A DNA stretch of 63,462 nt, the filler included, from Choristocarpus tenellus KU-1152 (taxonomy: Eukaryota; Protista; Phaeophyceae): the NCBI GenBank assembly GCA_964200185.2. It is 10 parts of 10 records of this genome, joined end to end, with 100 filler letters (N's around TTAATTAATTAA, not from the genome) between each part and the next. Parts side by side here need not be neighbours in the genome. Positions count along the whole stretch, not along the records: positions 9,029 to 15,410 come from CAXNAD020008257.1; positions 15,511 to 29,873 come from CAXNAD020001219.1; 8 more parts are not named here. One strand, written 5' to 3'. The notes below the pieces were generated by a model. It made no database searches. It was not told the origin of the DNA and was given only the letters and a program-made list of their open reading frames with translations. The position numbers were made by a program, and so were the translations under genes. Below are positions 11,976 to 26,000 of the stretch, in pieces (position 1 is the stretch's first letter; every line of letters begins with the position of its first letter).

Positions 11976-13696
11976 GAGTCTGCTGGCCAAGGTCTGGTCC
12001 CTGATTGGACAACGACGTACTATTTTTGTCACAGGGAGAGATGATGAGTGCCAGATGCAATTGTCAACAATACAGATGGAAGACTTCGCCGTACACCTTC
12101 TTGAGTCGTGTGATAGTCTGTTTCTTCCTGAGGTGTACCTTTGTGGTGCCTTCCTCACGCAATATTTTTCCAGAGCCAGTTTCCTTTCCATGGATGTGAC
12201 ATGCTGGTGTTCTACCTCTCCCCTGACAATAATGTGATCAGGACACGGCTATGAAGGGTCTGCCATATTGACAGTACCCTGCCTTCGGAAATGCCTTTTG
12301 CCATTGACAACACTCACATGAGACCTTTTTGGGACTTCAGTTCCTCATCACGACATCAGTATCAGGATGAAGCGATGGCATTGCAACCCCCAAACCTTTG
12401 TCAATTCTAAAGAAATGGGCAGTAGTAGTAAACTATATCAATGCCATCCACCGAAGACTTCCTTACTACATATCACACAACTAATTGCCCAGGTTGGGAG
12501 TTGCGCCGGTGCATGAGTACCAACATTCCAAACAGGACACCTGACTCGATGCAATGGTAACCAAGTAAGGTGCTAGACTATCGTCAAAAATAACCAGGGC
12601 ATTTCACTGGACTGGTAAAACTAAACAGTCCTCTCCGCCCACCAGACTTGTCCCATTGTTAGAGTTAACATGTCCTGGTCCTTGTCCGCTGGCCGGACCT
12701 GGTAAAATATTGTCTAAAATATCCGGACCTGTTCCACTGGGTATTATACCAGTCTGTGTCCGCCGGGCACACCAGGTCTAGCATTCTCCAGCACATCCGG
12801 AACATGCCCACTGGATATTATAAAGGTCAGTTCCACTGGCCGACCAGTCCAACTTTTTGCTTGCATGTCCGGACCATGGTCCATAGTCGCTGGTCAGTCT
12901 AGTTTTTTTCGGGGATGTACAGACCGTGTCCACTGCGAGTTGAACTAGTCCAACTTTTCGATTCGTTTGGCAAATCCATGTGGACAATGAAGATGTGGAC
13001 AGATTGTTGAAGGTTAAGTTGTACTTCAATATGTGCATACAGATAATACTACCCTAATTTATCTCTGGAGATTTGAAGTAGTGAAGAACATGTACGTATG
13101 TGGAATGAGAATGTCAGAAGGCATGTATGTGTTGGGAGGAGGGTTATTTACATTTACGCATTCGACCTTTGATGAATGAGTGTCTTCATCTATTCCACAA
13201 GAAATAGTCCTGTTGAGGTCAGACACCACAGTATTAAACAAGTGAATTAGTTTCAGGTGAAGAAAGAAAAATAACTTAAAACAAGCTTTTCTTGTGCGAT
13301 TTGTACTAGCCGAATACCAAAAAAGTGCTCCATTCTTACCAGACCTCCAAAATTGTTAGTCATTTATTATTTGCAGTATATGCAATAAGAATGATGGGCA
13401 CAACAATGATCCATGCTTGCTGTATTGTCGAAGTATATATGGGCATAATAGTATGTAAAGTATTGTGCGTGTACGAAGCAACACACATACTACATAGATA
13501 CGTCAAACATATACAACATATAAAGTTGTAGAAGGGTTCACACGAATACAAGTAATGTATCATTTTGTATGAATATGCTAGTAGTACTAGTAGTGTTGGA
13601 TGGTGTTGTCCGAGAAGGAGTAGTCATCGGAATAAGAAGACAAGCAGAAGATATGATGATGATGATGCTTCCAACCAACGTAAATTATGATAATAA

Positions 13697-13808
13697 GAAC
13701 ATACATACATACATACACACACACACAATAGTACATAATACATAATACATACATAATAACACATAATACATATTAATACATACATACTATGTACACACAT
13801 AACACATG
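13697..13808. repeat. Degenerate (CATA/CATAATA)n low-complexity tract
   Basis: Direct observation. Confidence 0.75.
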
Positions 13809-15240
13809 TCTTGTGTTGAAGTATCCTACTCTGACCCCTGGTAAAGATATGCCCTGGCAATATCTGGCTTGGTATGAATATATAGCGTTTGTGTTACAAG
13901 GTAGGGCTCACAGCTGGTTACACCTACTATTGTTCCTTTGATGTGTGGTTTACAATCGTCCACACTACCTATGAATATCTTATCTACTTGTCTTCAGTAC
14001 GGCAGGCATATTTAGAACTTGACACTAGACATCAAATATTCAAAGCCTCTAGTACATGACGTCATACATCAAGTACACAGAGTGTTCTGACAACATAACA
14101 ATACATTGGTATGTCCATCACTGCCTCTCCATCCTATCATCTACTCGACAGTGGTGTCTATAGTGTATCGCCGGCCCTATCCGTACACATCTTGCTGTCG
14201 TGTTACTACCACAACAACGTATGACAAAGACCAACTACGGCAAGAACGAGAGCAGGGCAGACAGGGTTCGTGTCCGTGTACCCAACGTCCACAATTGCCT
14301 CTCTTGTTCCAATTCAGAATATTCTTTTTACCATTTAGATTTGAAACACTCAGTGACAATTGATCTCACTTTCTTCTGGCCCATACCCGGAACTCTCCTT
14401 CTTGAGGCCTTTCCGTTCTCCCCCCTCCCTGCACCGCTAAAATATACTCGGAAGAAAGCACCTTGTTTTCCGCATACTTGGTGAACACTCACGTTCTTCA
14501 AGAAGAAGAGAGCCTCAGAGTTGTGCTGGTGACGTAACTGTGTCAGGTTGGGCCCCCACCAATACAGCTCCACTCCATGACACCATTCCCTTCTGTCACA
14601 ATCGATCTACCTTGTCCACAAGGAAGGGGCAGTTCTGCGGCCAAGAGGAATTCAAAATCCCCCACCACCAACTTGATGTCTTAATTTTCAGTATCATGGT
14701 TGCAGCCATCCTCCTTGTTTTATGTTTTTTTTGCCCAAGTCTCCCAAGAACTCTTGCACTATTGCTGCTCATGATGCAATGGACCATCATCATCGTGACT
14801 GGTTGGAGGTGCATGGCCTCCACTCCATTGTGGAAGAGGAATGACAGACCTCCCTTGTTCCACCACCACATATGTCAAGGTTGCGCATCTGTCTCCAATA
14901 CCCCCCAACGAGTCTAACTGCCTCCTCACAATATGCTCAAAGCGTTGAGTGTCTCAGGTGGATGTATAGTGGAAGTGAGTGCAGTCAGATATGATGAAAG
15001 TTGTCAGGAAAGAATCGGGAGTCATGACACAATCAAATAAATAACATGTCGCTACTGATGTGTACGTTGTGGGAGGAAAGTCAAAATTACATAATCATCA
15101 ATGCAGAGCATTAAGCCGTAACACTCCATTGTCTCCTAACACAATCCTCTAGTTTGACTTACAACATACCGTATGCTATGTTATGGTGGAGACGTATCTG
15201 ACGTATGTTTTGTACCTTAGTGTTGCTGTCATATATAACT

Positions 15241-15293
15241 GGTTTCCCCCTGACACATCTGCAAAATGTCAGAGGGCATAATAATAAATATAT
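15241..15293 (+). mobile_element. Putative non-LTR retroposon 3' end (stem-loop + TAA-rich tail), copy 1
   Basis: CCCCCTGACACATCTGCAAAATGTCAGAGGGCATAATAATAAAT, also present at ~36297-36345 (+) and ~55720-55770 (-). Confidence 0.55.
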
Positions 15294-16143
15294 AACTCAG
15301 TTGTATATATATTTTGAATAGAGTGTAACGGGCATAACTACGTTGTATATGGTTTCATTTTTAGTAGAGTTACAGAAACAGTTAACAGGGGATTCGCAAA
15401 ATTGAGGATGNNNNNNNNNNNNNNNNNNNNNNNNNNNNNNNNNNNNNNNNNNNNTTAATTAATTAANNNNNNNNNNNNNNNNNNNNNNNNNNNNNNNNNN
15501 NNNNNNNNNNCCCCACCACCAAGGGCTGTGCTCATTCCGCTACTAAATAAATCCATACAACTTGAAGCAAAGACTCTATTGGAAGAGTTCTCTTTTGCGT
15601 AGTACATTGCTCCTACTCCTTCAGTGCACTTGATGTTTGGTATAGATTAGGCCCCAACAGGCAATAAACAACTGTTAAAAAACTCTAAAATCTCAAAAAT
15701 ATGTTCCTTCATCCATAAGTTCATGAAAAAGCAAAACACTCAGAGCTGGCCTTGCTCATTGATAAGTTTGAATTGCTGTTACTCAAGTCAAATAATTATG
15801 CATCATTGGCAGAAAACACGCAATAGAATGACGGTGGAATCCCTGTTGTCAAGTCAAATGGTGTTCACGCTCAGATCTGCAATGAACAGGTGGAAAAGAT
15901 AAAAATAGACCTCTGTTATACAATGACCTGAAACTAACTTCAGTTCATCCTTCAGAGTATCATTCTGTTCATGTGATATTTTCTGTCACCTTGATGTCCA
16001 TCGCATATTTTCTTTATCCTCTTTCTTGAGTGCCCCTCTTTTTGGTTCCTTGCCTTTGCAATTTGTATGTGAGAGTAGCCATCGTGTGTTTGGTCATGAA
16101 AGCCTTCTTCAAAACCGCTTGCCTTTCTTTTGTACAACTAGCG

Positions 16144-16401
16144 GAGTGAAAGTATCTGAGAGGATACGAGTTTTGCGCCGTTTGTCTGTTTGGAGCTTGA
16201 CTTCCCACAGGTTTTTTTATGAAATTTTCCTACTCTAAAATATTTCGACGTACGAAAAATGTGTACATTATGAAAGGTGTGTCCAAGACTAGCATATGGA
16301 CACTTCCTAACAGACATAATGACCAAAATTACATCAAAATCGCAACATTGGATTTTGGCCGCCAAACAGATTCGACTCTACCCTCTGGAATACTTTGACT
16401 C
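16144..16401 (-). mobile_element. MITE family A copy 2
   Basis: GAGTGAAAGTATCTGAGAGGATA…TACCCTCTGGAATACTTTGACTC. Flanks are AGCG/ACCG (near-perfect 4-bp TSD). Confidence 0.85.
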
Positions 16402-17924
16402 ACCGAGTGAACCATTGTATGCACACACCATACACGTGGCTACATACTGCAGTGTTTCAAAAGTCGATAAACTGGCGGCACGCATCTTATATTCCAAGCA
16501 CCTTACTTTCGTACGTAGTATTCTATTTCCAACAAAAACTGTGCAATATAGGCTAGGTAGTTCATAGGGTCTTATCTGTTTAGTGACCGCTATTAATAAT
16601 AGAAATGTTGACCAAGCAGAATAAGTGTTAATGACTTATTTCCGTGCTCTTAGAGTACTAGGTACCAATATCGGATGATAAATTTTATTATGCTTGATGC
16701 AAATGATTGACGGAGGATTACTGACGTAGTACTAGTTACAAAGGATAAGCGACATAGTGCGACCAACGGCAGGACACATTTTTTATGTGTCTGCTGACGT
16801 GTGCAATAAGATAATGAGAGAGCACCCCCTACCTCGAGGGATAGTGCTCAGTCCGCTAATAAATACATCCATACAACATAATGCAAAGACTATCAGAATA
16901 GCTCTCTTTTGCATAAAAAATCCCACACCTTGATCGATGACAGTCTGTAAGAATGTTTAGGTAAGTGGGAAATACATGTTCTCTAGCTCTAGAGAATTAA
17001 CTCTACATGCACAACTAAGATCATGTTTATCCACAAAGAAGTCCTTTTAGAAGTCTTCTGGACGTTGCTTGTACAAATATAGTGCAATTCCGAGCGAAGG
17101 AGGAAAAGCACTTTGGTTTGCACGTTCCTGAAAATATATCCGGCTCTCCTTGTCACATATGTGCTCACCTATATTAAATATTCGTGTCCAAACTATTCCG
17201 TGGGGTTAGGGCAACAGTTGCTATTGATGTCGATTCAATCCAAACCATTGGGCAGCAAAGGGGTGTCTATCAATGCAACAACTTTGGAGCAAAACTTAGA
17301 TAATTACACCAATGAAAAGGTTGATAAATGCCAAGTCCCTCAAAACCCCATACATAAATAAAATGACCCCAACCCAGTACATAAGTTTACTAACCAAAGT
17401 ATAGAAGAGAACACGAGTGTATACTGACACTTTCAGGCCTCCTCCTTAGTAGGGCTATTCACGAAGTGACTGGGGTCGAACACCCTAGTCTAGAATACTC
17501 GTTATGCCCACTCTGCCTTACTCTAACTCATCACCAGTAAGTTCTTTCGCGCGTCAACTGTTTGGGGATCTTCAACGTTTTATCAAAACATGAACAACAC
17601 TTCAAGTATGTTCTCGCGTCAACAATGTTAAGCCAAAATCGTGGATTGTTCACCCTGTGTCATCCAGACACTACCGTATATCGCAAACTTCTGTACCGCT
17701 TCGTTTCATGCACCTGCAAAATATATCACATCTGTCTCATACATATTTGTGCGCTCCAACACATTTAGGTTTGATCCAGAAGGTGCTTTCGTGCATACTG
17801 CAGTTGTAAAATGTTTGCTGCATGTGCAGGATGCCCAAGGTACACATGATGCAGAGTCGCAGAGAGTTACAAATGGAGTAACAAAGAGCAGATAACAAGC
17901 AGCAGAGTATCGATGCTTTTGGTT

Positions 17925-18181
17925 GAATGAAAGCATCTTAGAGGGTACGAATTTTGCCCTGTTTGTCCGTTTGGTGCTATGTTAGGCTCCCCACAGATTT
18001 TTTACGAAATTTCAGCCACTCCGAAATGTTTCAGAGTAGGTAAAATGTGTATGTTATGACAAGACATGTCTGGAGCAAGGATTCTGACGCTTCCTAACAA
18101 ACACGATTACCAGAATAATATCAAAATCGCAAGATTGGATTTGACCCCAAAATGAACACGGCTCTAACCTCTAAGATACTC
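17925..18181 (-). mobile_element. MITE family A copy 3
   Basis: GAATGAAAGCATCTTAGAGGGTAC…CCTCTAAGATACTC (small terminal deletion). Internal hairpin present. Confidence 0.85.
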
Positions 18182-19734
18182 AACCCAGTTGCAAGATTCT
18201 CAGAAACACGTACCATAGAAGAACGGGCACGAACCAAAAGCAACGAGATGGACTAAGCATGTGATCAATTCTGATGCCACAATCATTTTTATCTCGCTCC
18301 CTCTCGTGACACGTATCACACCACATACACTCAATTCTCTTTCCCTATTGTACAAATGCAGCCTGACCACTCCAAGAGGTGCCAACATATATTCTTCCAC
18401 CCAGTTTCTTCTTCTGGAATTTGCGTGGGTGAGATCATCTACTATATATAGCAAACGCTTCGATTGGAGTGCCAAATTGTGCTACTAATAATAAGGTTGT
18501 CAAATATTGCAGGAAGAGGTTTTACAGAACATCAATTCAAATCATAGACGATGTACAAAGTGGTGCTTCCAGTACAGAAATATAGAATCATACTGAAAAT
18601 TGAGACTTAAAATACCATTACCATTATGCACATAGTCTAAGGAAAACAATTCACATCCTTTGCAAGAAAGAAAAGGGAAAAGCTCTGTTGTTGACATAAA
18701 GGGGAATGACAAGAAACTCAGGAAAAAGACACTTACATGCAATACTTTGGATGGGATGTCATTATTGTCGTTACACATTAACAGGTCCTGTGGGAACCTA
18801 AGGGAAATATGTTTATCAGTGCCATACCGAGTCCATCCAATCCGACAAACCACTCATTGCAAACCACACAAATGTAAGAAGGACGCGAGAAGTATCAACC
18901 TGAGAAGAAAGACAACGAGATTACTGGCATGCAGCAGACAATAGCGAATGTACATGTGCTCTGATCTGCTTAGACTGCCTTAGCTGCTGCTCTACTATGA
19001 ACCCACCTAAAAAAATGAAGAATATGGGATATCGCAAACTTTCGTGAGGTGGAACAATAAGTAGGTGAGAAGTACTGGGCGACCGAAATAGAATTAAACA
19101 TTTTGTTAAAACAAAATTGGTAAAGGTTGGACAAAACTCTGCACTTGAGAGACTGGAAGCATTTTCTTTGCAACCTTAACTTTTTCAAGTCCCAGTCTCA
19201 CACATCCTAACAACTATGATGTAGGGTGCACAGATAAGCGAAACATGCTTGTTCAGTCCTAGACACAATTTCACTAGGGCATGTTGACTCTCAAGGTACA
19301 ACTATTGCACAACAAACAAAAAATATGATCTTGTGCTCGTTTTTTTTGTTCACTGAAGCGGCACTGCACGTATCACACACCTCTTGGAAAATCCGAAAAT
19401 GTCCTAAGGCAGGCGATATTTTGGGAAAGAGAACGTTTTCACTGATTGAAAATAGTACCGCATGTTGATAAACACGCTGCTAAGTGCGAAAGATCTGAAT
19501 GAAACAGTAGATGAGGTTACTACCAAGTACACTACTGTTCAGGAGGTACGTAAGATTAGGGAGGTGGATTCAGTAGACCAGGCAAAAAAAAATAGCTGAT
19601 GACCTTAACAAACAAATCAGCGTTTCAATATTCTAGCAACAGTTAAGGACAACTATCATCGGTGATGTATCTGTTTGCCATCATATAGCGCCTACCTCCA
19701 ACCCAATATCCCATACACCCACGATCCCATATAG

Positions 19735-19735
<1 letters not shown>

Positions 19736-19800
<65 letters not shown>
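19736..19800. repeat. (TG)n microsatellite
   Basis: Direct observation. Confidence 0.95.
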
Positions 19801-19801
<1 letters not shown>

Positions 19802-20014
19802 AATAGATATGGTGCAAAGTATCGGTCTATATGATTGCTCAAATATTATTGTCATGGACTCCTGTCGAAAGCAGTACTGCATTAATATCCAAATGAGTCT
19901 TGAGTTCAGAGCGGATCTTCGGCAAAGAGATACCCACAACACACACACCTCAGGATCCACTAAGACCCTGCCACACGCCAAAACCTGTAAACTACTGTAG
20001 AACTGAAAACGTAC

Positions 20015-23000
20015 CAGAAACGCGCCCAGAAGAATGATCGCCAAGAAGCAAAACAAGCTCAGAACAGCAAGGATGACAAACATTCCACCCCTGAACTCGG
20101 ATGTGCACATGTGGCATGAGTTGGACACGCCTTGACCATATCCAGACTTGCAGACTGCACAAACTACAGAAAGTGGAGACACAACCCATAGGGAATCATC
20201 AGATCCAGCGTCAGGGGGTACAATGTGTTGAAATTGGGAGAAAGATCGAGTCAATGATGGAGAAGTAGTGACTGAGATGGAACATGAAGAAATTATGATG
20301 CAATTTTTACAGAACCTATGAAAGCAACTCTAGGATGTGCAACGTCCACAAAAATAAATCGCAATAGGAATATTAGTAGTCTGAATTATATACAATGTGC
20401 AACATGTTTGACACAAGAGTGAGGCAGTATTCTAATCACCTAGAGACCCTACTCGTTCACAGCATCTGGTAGGTCGGAATGAAACCCAGACCTAATGTGT
20501 AGATCATTAGCCCTACAAGCGCATAGTGCATTCAAAATCATCTACTGCAGTCAATGAGGGGAGCCGTGTTTGAGTGAAACTCACATGGTCCAGTGTAGCC
20601 CTCAGTGCAGTAGTCTTCAGGAGATGATACATAAGATCCTCCTCGGCATGCTTCCTGGGAATGATCACGGCAGGAGCATAGTTTCAATGTTATCGAAGGA
20701 GATACGTTTGTCGAATCAATCTTCTGGTTCCAAATGACTTAAGATGTTGTGATATATCATCATTGCACCATTATTTTTATTAACAGAAAAACAACGGGGC
20801 AAAAAAAACCACCTGCACGAATCCTTGAATAAATGCAGATAGTGTCATAAAATATGCTTAAACCACCTCAAAATATTTCTATCCAACAAAATGATGATTG
20901 AAACACCAACGAGTGCATGAAGGGAGGATACACAAGGCAACTTATGTAGAGCACGCTATCATAATAGGTTCGAGAATACCAATCCTGTCTAAAAATTTCG
21001 ATTCTGTCTGCCAAGCGTTCTTGATATACATATGCTTCGAAGTGTATATTGATATTCACAGCACTATTACCATAGTTACAAAATTTTGTTAGTTCAGTTG
21101 CAATTTGTGGCTCTAGGAACAAATTAAAAGCAAGCACAAATCGCATTGATCTAACCTCATTTGTGCACTCTCGGACAACCACAGAATCCAGGCTAGCTCT
21201 CCAATAGCCCTTCTTCAGGGTCAACGTTTGTAAGGTTGAACCTGGCATTGTACAGTTCACTCCCTGCACAAAGATGAGGTACACAGAAACCGCTATTAGT
21301 TTCATGGTTCTACCAGCAGTGCGCTGAGTAGACTAAACGCCAGATATAACGCTGCATCTGCGCCACTCTGATGAAATTTCTGGTATCATGAGCAAGGCAT
21401 GAGAAATGAGCAAAAAACAAGGGACTTCGTACATGGCACCAACTTTGGTACCAACCATCATGCCCTTGACATTTCAACGAAGGGTTACAACAATACTTCT
21501 TAAATTGAGGATGAGTTTGAAGTAAGAAACACTTGAAAATATTTATTGTTCTCAATAGAAAGATCAAGAGAATCTTCTCCCTTTCTTGGTCACACTTCAA
21601 ACTCCACCTCTGCACTCTTGGCATTCATTCCATATGCTTACGTCAATAGTACTTGAGGGCAGTTCAAAGCAGCTGATGCACTCTTTCCCTTCCCGGTAGG
21701 TTCCAGCTTCACAGCTTGCAATCACTGTTTCCAGCACCACAACCGCCTCTGGGGTTTTGTTTCCAGAAGAGCCGAGTCCTTGGTTGAGACCAGAGACAGC
21801 AAACAAGCTTGTACTCGTATTCAGGACAAGGGCTGATGGCTTACCCGTGACCCTGGAAATTATACTATGTAGCCAAGGATAGGTGTATGCAACGATGCAA
21901 GGATCATGAACTCGGCCACAAGGTTGTGATATTGATGGGAAAGTGATGGAAGGTGAAATCGGATGGCGTGTTTCAGGGCATGAGAGAAATACTAGTATAA
22001 TGTATAAGAAACGGTGACAGTTGGCTGACAGAGGAATTTAAAATCAGTGACGAAATAATAGTTTCTTAGTACATAGCCATACGATTGAGACATTCCCATA
22101 TTCAGACGACTCGCTTCATACTTGTATCTACTTTACAATCTGGTCTCCAAAGATTACAGCACCATATTGGTGCGATTTACAATGATACACCGTCATTTGT
22201 GTGTGTGCTCATATTGCCTGCAATTCTTCAATTTTCAAGAATACTGAGCAGTGTGTACAATTATTGTCTATCTTGACTATAAATGGTGTATGCATGCCAT
22301 ATACTGAGTAATATATTATACTCTCCTCTCTTCCAACGTCAGCCAATCTTATGAGGGTAAGAAATTCTGTACTTTCGATCTATTCAAAATTCTACTTTCT
22401 TTGCTGTTGAGTTTTCATACAACGACGACCTTCAAAGTGCTAACATTGTATGGTACAGCAGTGGGGCAAAGCTTCCGAATGCAGTTGCTCTTGCCTTGTG
22501 AACTCGGATGCAGGTTAGGAGAAAATATCTGCCAAGCATTGAGATACCATTATTCTACCGGTTCAGAAGGTCTAGGCTATGTTCAGTACAATCCAGATAA
22601 TGTACTTTAAGGTAAAGATATTGTTCGTGTGTTTGTATGCAATCTTAGACAAAATCAGAGGATGTAGACAGTAGGATCAAATCTTGTGTGGACCGCTGTC
22701 CCAACTCATTGCAGCAGGAAGAGAGAGAAGAGAAAGTGGTAAAGGAACTAGCTCAAGGGGAAACACAAATATTGACCGCGGCTACTTGTGTGACAGCCCA
22801 TGAATTTCTTCCCAGTTTCATACTTTCTGTGTCTGTCCCAGTGGGAAAGTGACGTATCATCGTTTGACCTTTTCCTGTGCAATCTGGGTAACGTACACCT
22901 TGTTGATGATGCGTGTCAGGAAAAAAAAGTCGATATACAGACTAGGTATCAATATTTCTGGATTCTTGCTGAGGATAGCGCATGATGAGTGTCAATGTGA

Positions 23001-26000
23001 GGATAGTGCATATAGTACAGAAGCTACACCGGCAGTGATAGACACACCAAAGAAATTAAGGTACAATACCTGCACGAGTCAGTAAGCAAACCTTGCCCTC
23101 AAGTTGAACAATGGAATGGACTAAGGTATGATTCACATCTCTCACCTTTCTCCTGGCTTCACCAATCCAGTGGAAGGGAAGATGTCCCATGAAAACCCTC
23201 CTGCCTCCAGGTTCCTCATTGACCACATGGCATTTGTAAATCCTGACGAATTTGCACTCACTGATAGATCTGCCATAATTGGATTTAGGAAATCAACAGC
23301 ACCCGGCTCAGCAGAAATCGAAAGGCTCAGTGTTCCTGGTCCATCAAAGCAAACCTGAAGGAGGGATGGAGAGTCAGGTGGTGTATTACATTAAGTGCCT
23401 TGGAAAGGGAGGAAGTTTCACTCATACGACTTAAGAAAGTACACAGAAGGCAAAAAATTGACGTGAGAATCATGAGCAATTGCATGCAATTTTATTGTCT
23501 GCATTCACATCTGCCTGGAGATATTGGAAGCATGATAAACAACTTCTTCTACCTTAAGCACCCCAAACGTTTCTTGTATTGTTGTGGAAGTAGGAATGAG
23601 CAAGAAAGCACTTTCTGTCCCCATTTTTAGGTGCATTTGCACACGACAGGGGAATTTTAAATGTAATGTTAATGGTGAAGGGGCCAAACACACATAGAAA
23701 ATGAAGCCGAAGATATAGAAAATATGTTAAACTTTGCAATTTGGTCTACTTTCTTTTTGCCAATTTCTGAGAGTATGAACACGAGCCATCATTGGTGGCA
23801 ACACCCCCATCAAAATTATGGATGCCATCCGGTATTGAACATGAGGGTAAAATCTCAATTATATTTTAGATTCATACGAATTTTAGCCTAAAATTAATCT
23901 TTCTTGGAACTATTTCCAGTTTTGGATATAGTATCGGTGTTTATTTGTCACAGGGGATGATAAATAATGCCAGTCCATGTTCCACACCTGGAAACAAAGT
24001 CTACTGAAGTATGTAACTGCCCAGACACCAATTATTTCAGTTTACATGGAGAATAAGCAACAATCTTGAAACTCATCACGAAAATCAGCATTGCACGATG
24101 GAAGATATATATAGCAGGGGTTGGGAAACAGTCTCTACTCTGTGATCGCTTCCACTCCACCACTCGCCTCTTCACCATCAGGCAATAATCCCCCGGCTAG
24201 GCACTGGCAATAAACTCCAAAATCTCCATCCAAACACTCCCACTTGTCAGAGCCACATAGTGTTTCCCCTCTCCCCCAAATATCGAAGGGCCAGTCGTCT
24301 TGGCATCTAACAAGTAGGTCCTCGTTCACAAATCCTGCAGTGCCAGACACTGTACCAGCTGCAATCAGAGGTTTGTCTACCGAAGGGGAGGGGGTGTAGG
24401 GAGAAATACGAATGATGGGGAGTCCTTGCTATGCATCATCAGAAAGCAAAGAATTACCTCACCTCAAGACGTGGTTAATACAGTAGGACAGGTATTGCAG
24501 TCAAGAATGCCTAATTTTACCGCATGTCATGCCTCTCACAGTTTAGATCCCCCAGAAGAGCATTCCGAATTACGGTGATGGAGGTGGCACTCAACGCGAC
24601 AAGGACTGGGACAGGGCTCTTGCTGAAGTCGCATGCATCAAGAATCAAATTGCCGTCACTCACAATCACCGCCTTGTTTCAGGAAAGAGATATTGCAACA
24701 AGCCAAATCAACATTGGGATCAGGATCGAGTATATATATAGTTGTGACTTCGTGCAACTTGTTGGTAGGCAATGTAAGGGGTGCACAATGGACTGATAAA
24801 GATTGAACATGCGAGCAGTCAAACCTGGAAAAGTGGTCCAAGGAAATAGCCAGGGTTTTGCATGGAGGACGAACGATAAGTACGAACCAAGATGGAAGTG
24901 CCACAAAAGTATAACTGCATCCAGTAGAATCAAAACACCAACTTTTTTCGCTATGGAGACCTCCTCCAGTGACATTGCTCTCTTTCTGTTAAACTCACCC
25001 CTCATATATTCTACAAGGATGACAGTGCAGTGCTGCAGCCCTTGCACAGGTATCTTACCTCTCCTTCAAACCCTGCAAAAGATGAATTCAACGCCAGAAA
25101 GGTTGAAGCAGCATCAGCACTTACGGCAATTGCTCCAGATTCAGTATAATCTCCAAATATCACCTGTCACATATTCACACGTGATAGAATTTTGATATGT
25201 TGAAGAATTGTTTGGAGATAAAAGTACTGTAACGAAGGAGATAGCTTGGGGTGAATTGCGGCATGCAACGGTCAAGATGTTCAAAATAGGCAATATTAGC
25301 TTTGAATGTGTTAAAGACGAAGTAAATAGTTTGATGTTGTGAAAAGAGGAATTGAATCGGCACAATTCTACTGTATCACTGTAAGTAAAAAAATCTTACG
25401 AAAATATATACTTGTTTCTTTTTCGTCTATTTATTAGCACAGGGCGGTCTGTTTGGAGAGACCCATGACACTCATGCTTTGATCATTATTCAGTTTCAGC
25501 CAAGCACATTAAAATTCTTCACTACGATTTTCATTAGTACTCATATATACCTTCAATTGATATCATTATCAAGGTCGTGTGCGATTTGGGCCTAGTACAG
25601 GTGAAACTACTGACAGCTGTGGGGCTATGATATTGAAGACATCCACATGCTTGCCTTGTCACACAAAAGGTTACTCTATTGGTTTGATCCATTCTATTAT
25701 TAAGCGATTGAACTTGCAGTTCTACCCTCTATGGAAAATAAGAAATGATTGAGAGTTGTGATTTCTTGTTCAATTCCCCTTCAGCATGTGCAATTGCACA
25801 ATGAGGAAACTCCTCATTTCCTCTTCTCCCTTGATACAAACACAATGGTGGCAAATATGATCCCCACACCAAGAAACTTTGCATTATCCGATTAGAGCAA
25901 CCTATTTTCTACAAGTTGTGCTCAAGGTGTGGAGTCTATAGTGTAAGCTCAACTCCCAGTGAGCAAAAAAGATGCCAAGAGTACTTCTAGTTGTCAGGGG

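Noticed and set aside
14328-14917. Coding-like stretch on the minus strand
   Set aside because: Interrupted in all frames with no confident family motif. At most an unassignable TE relic.
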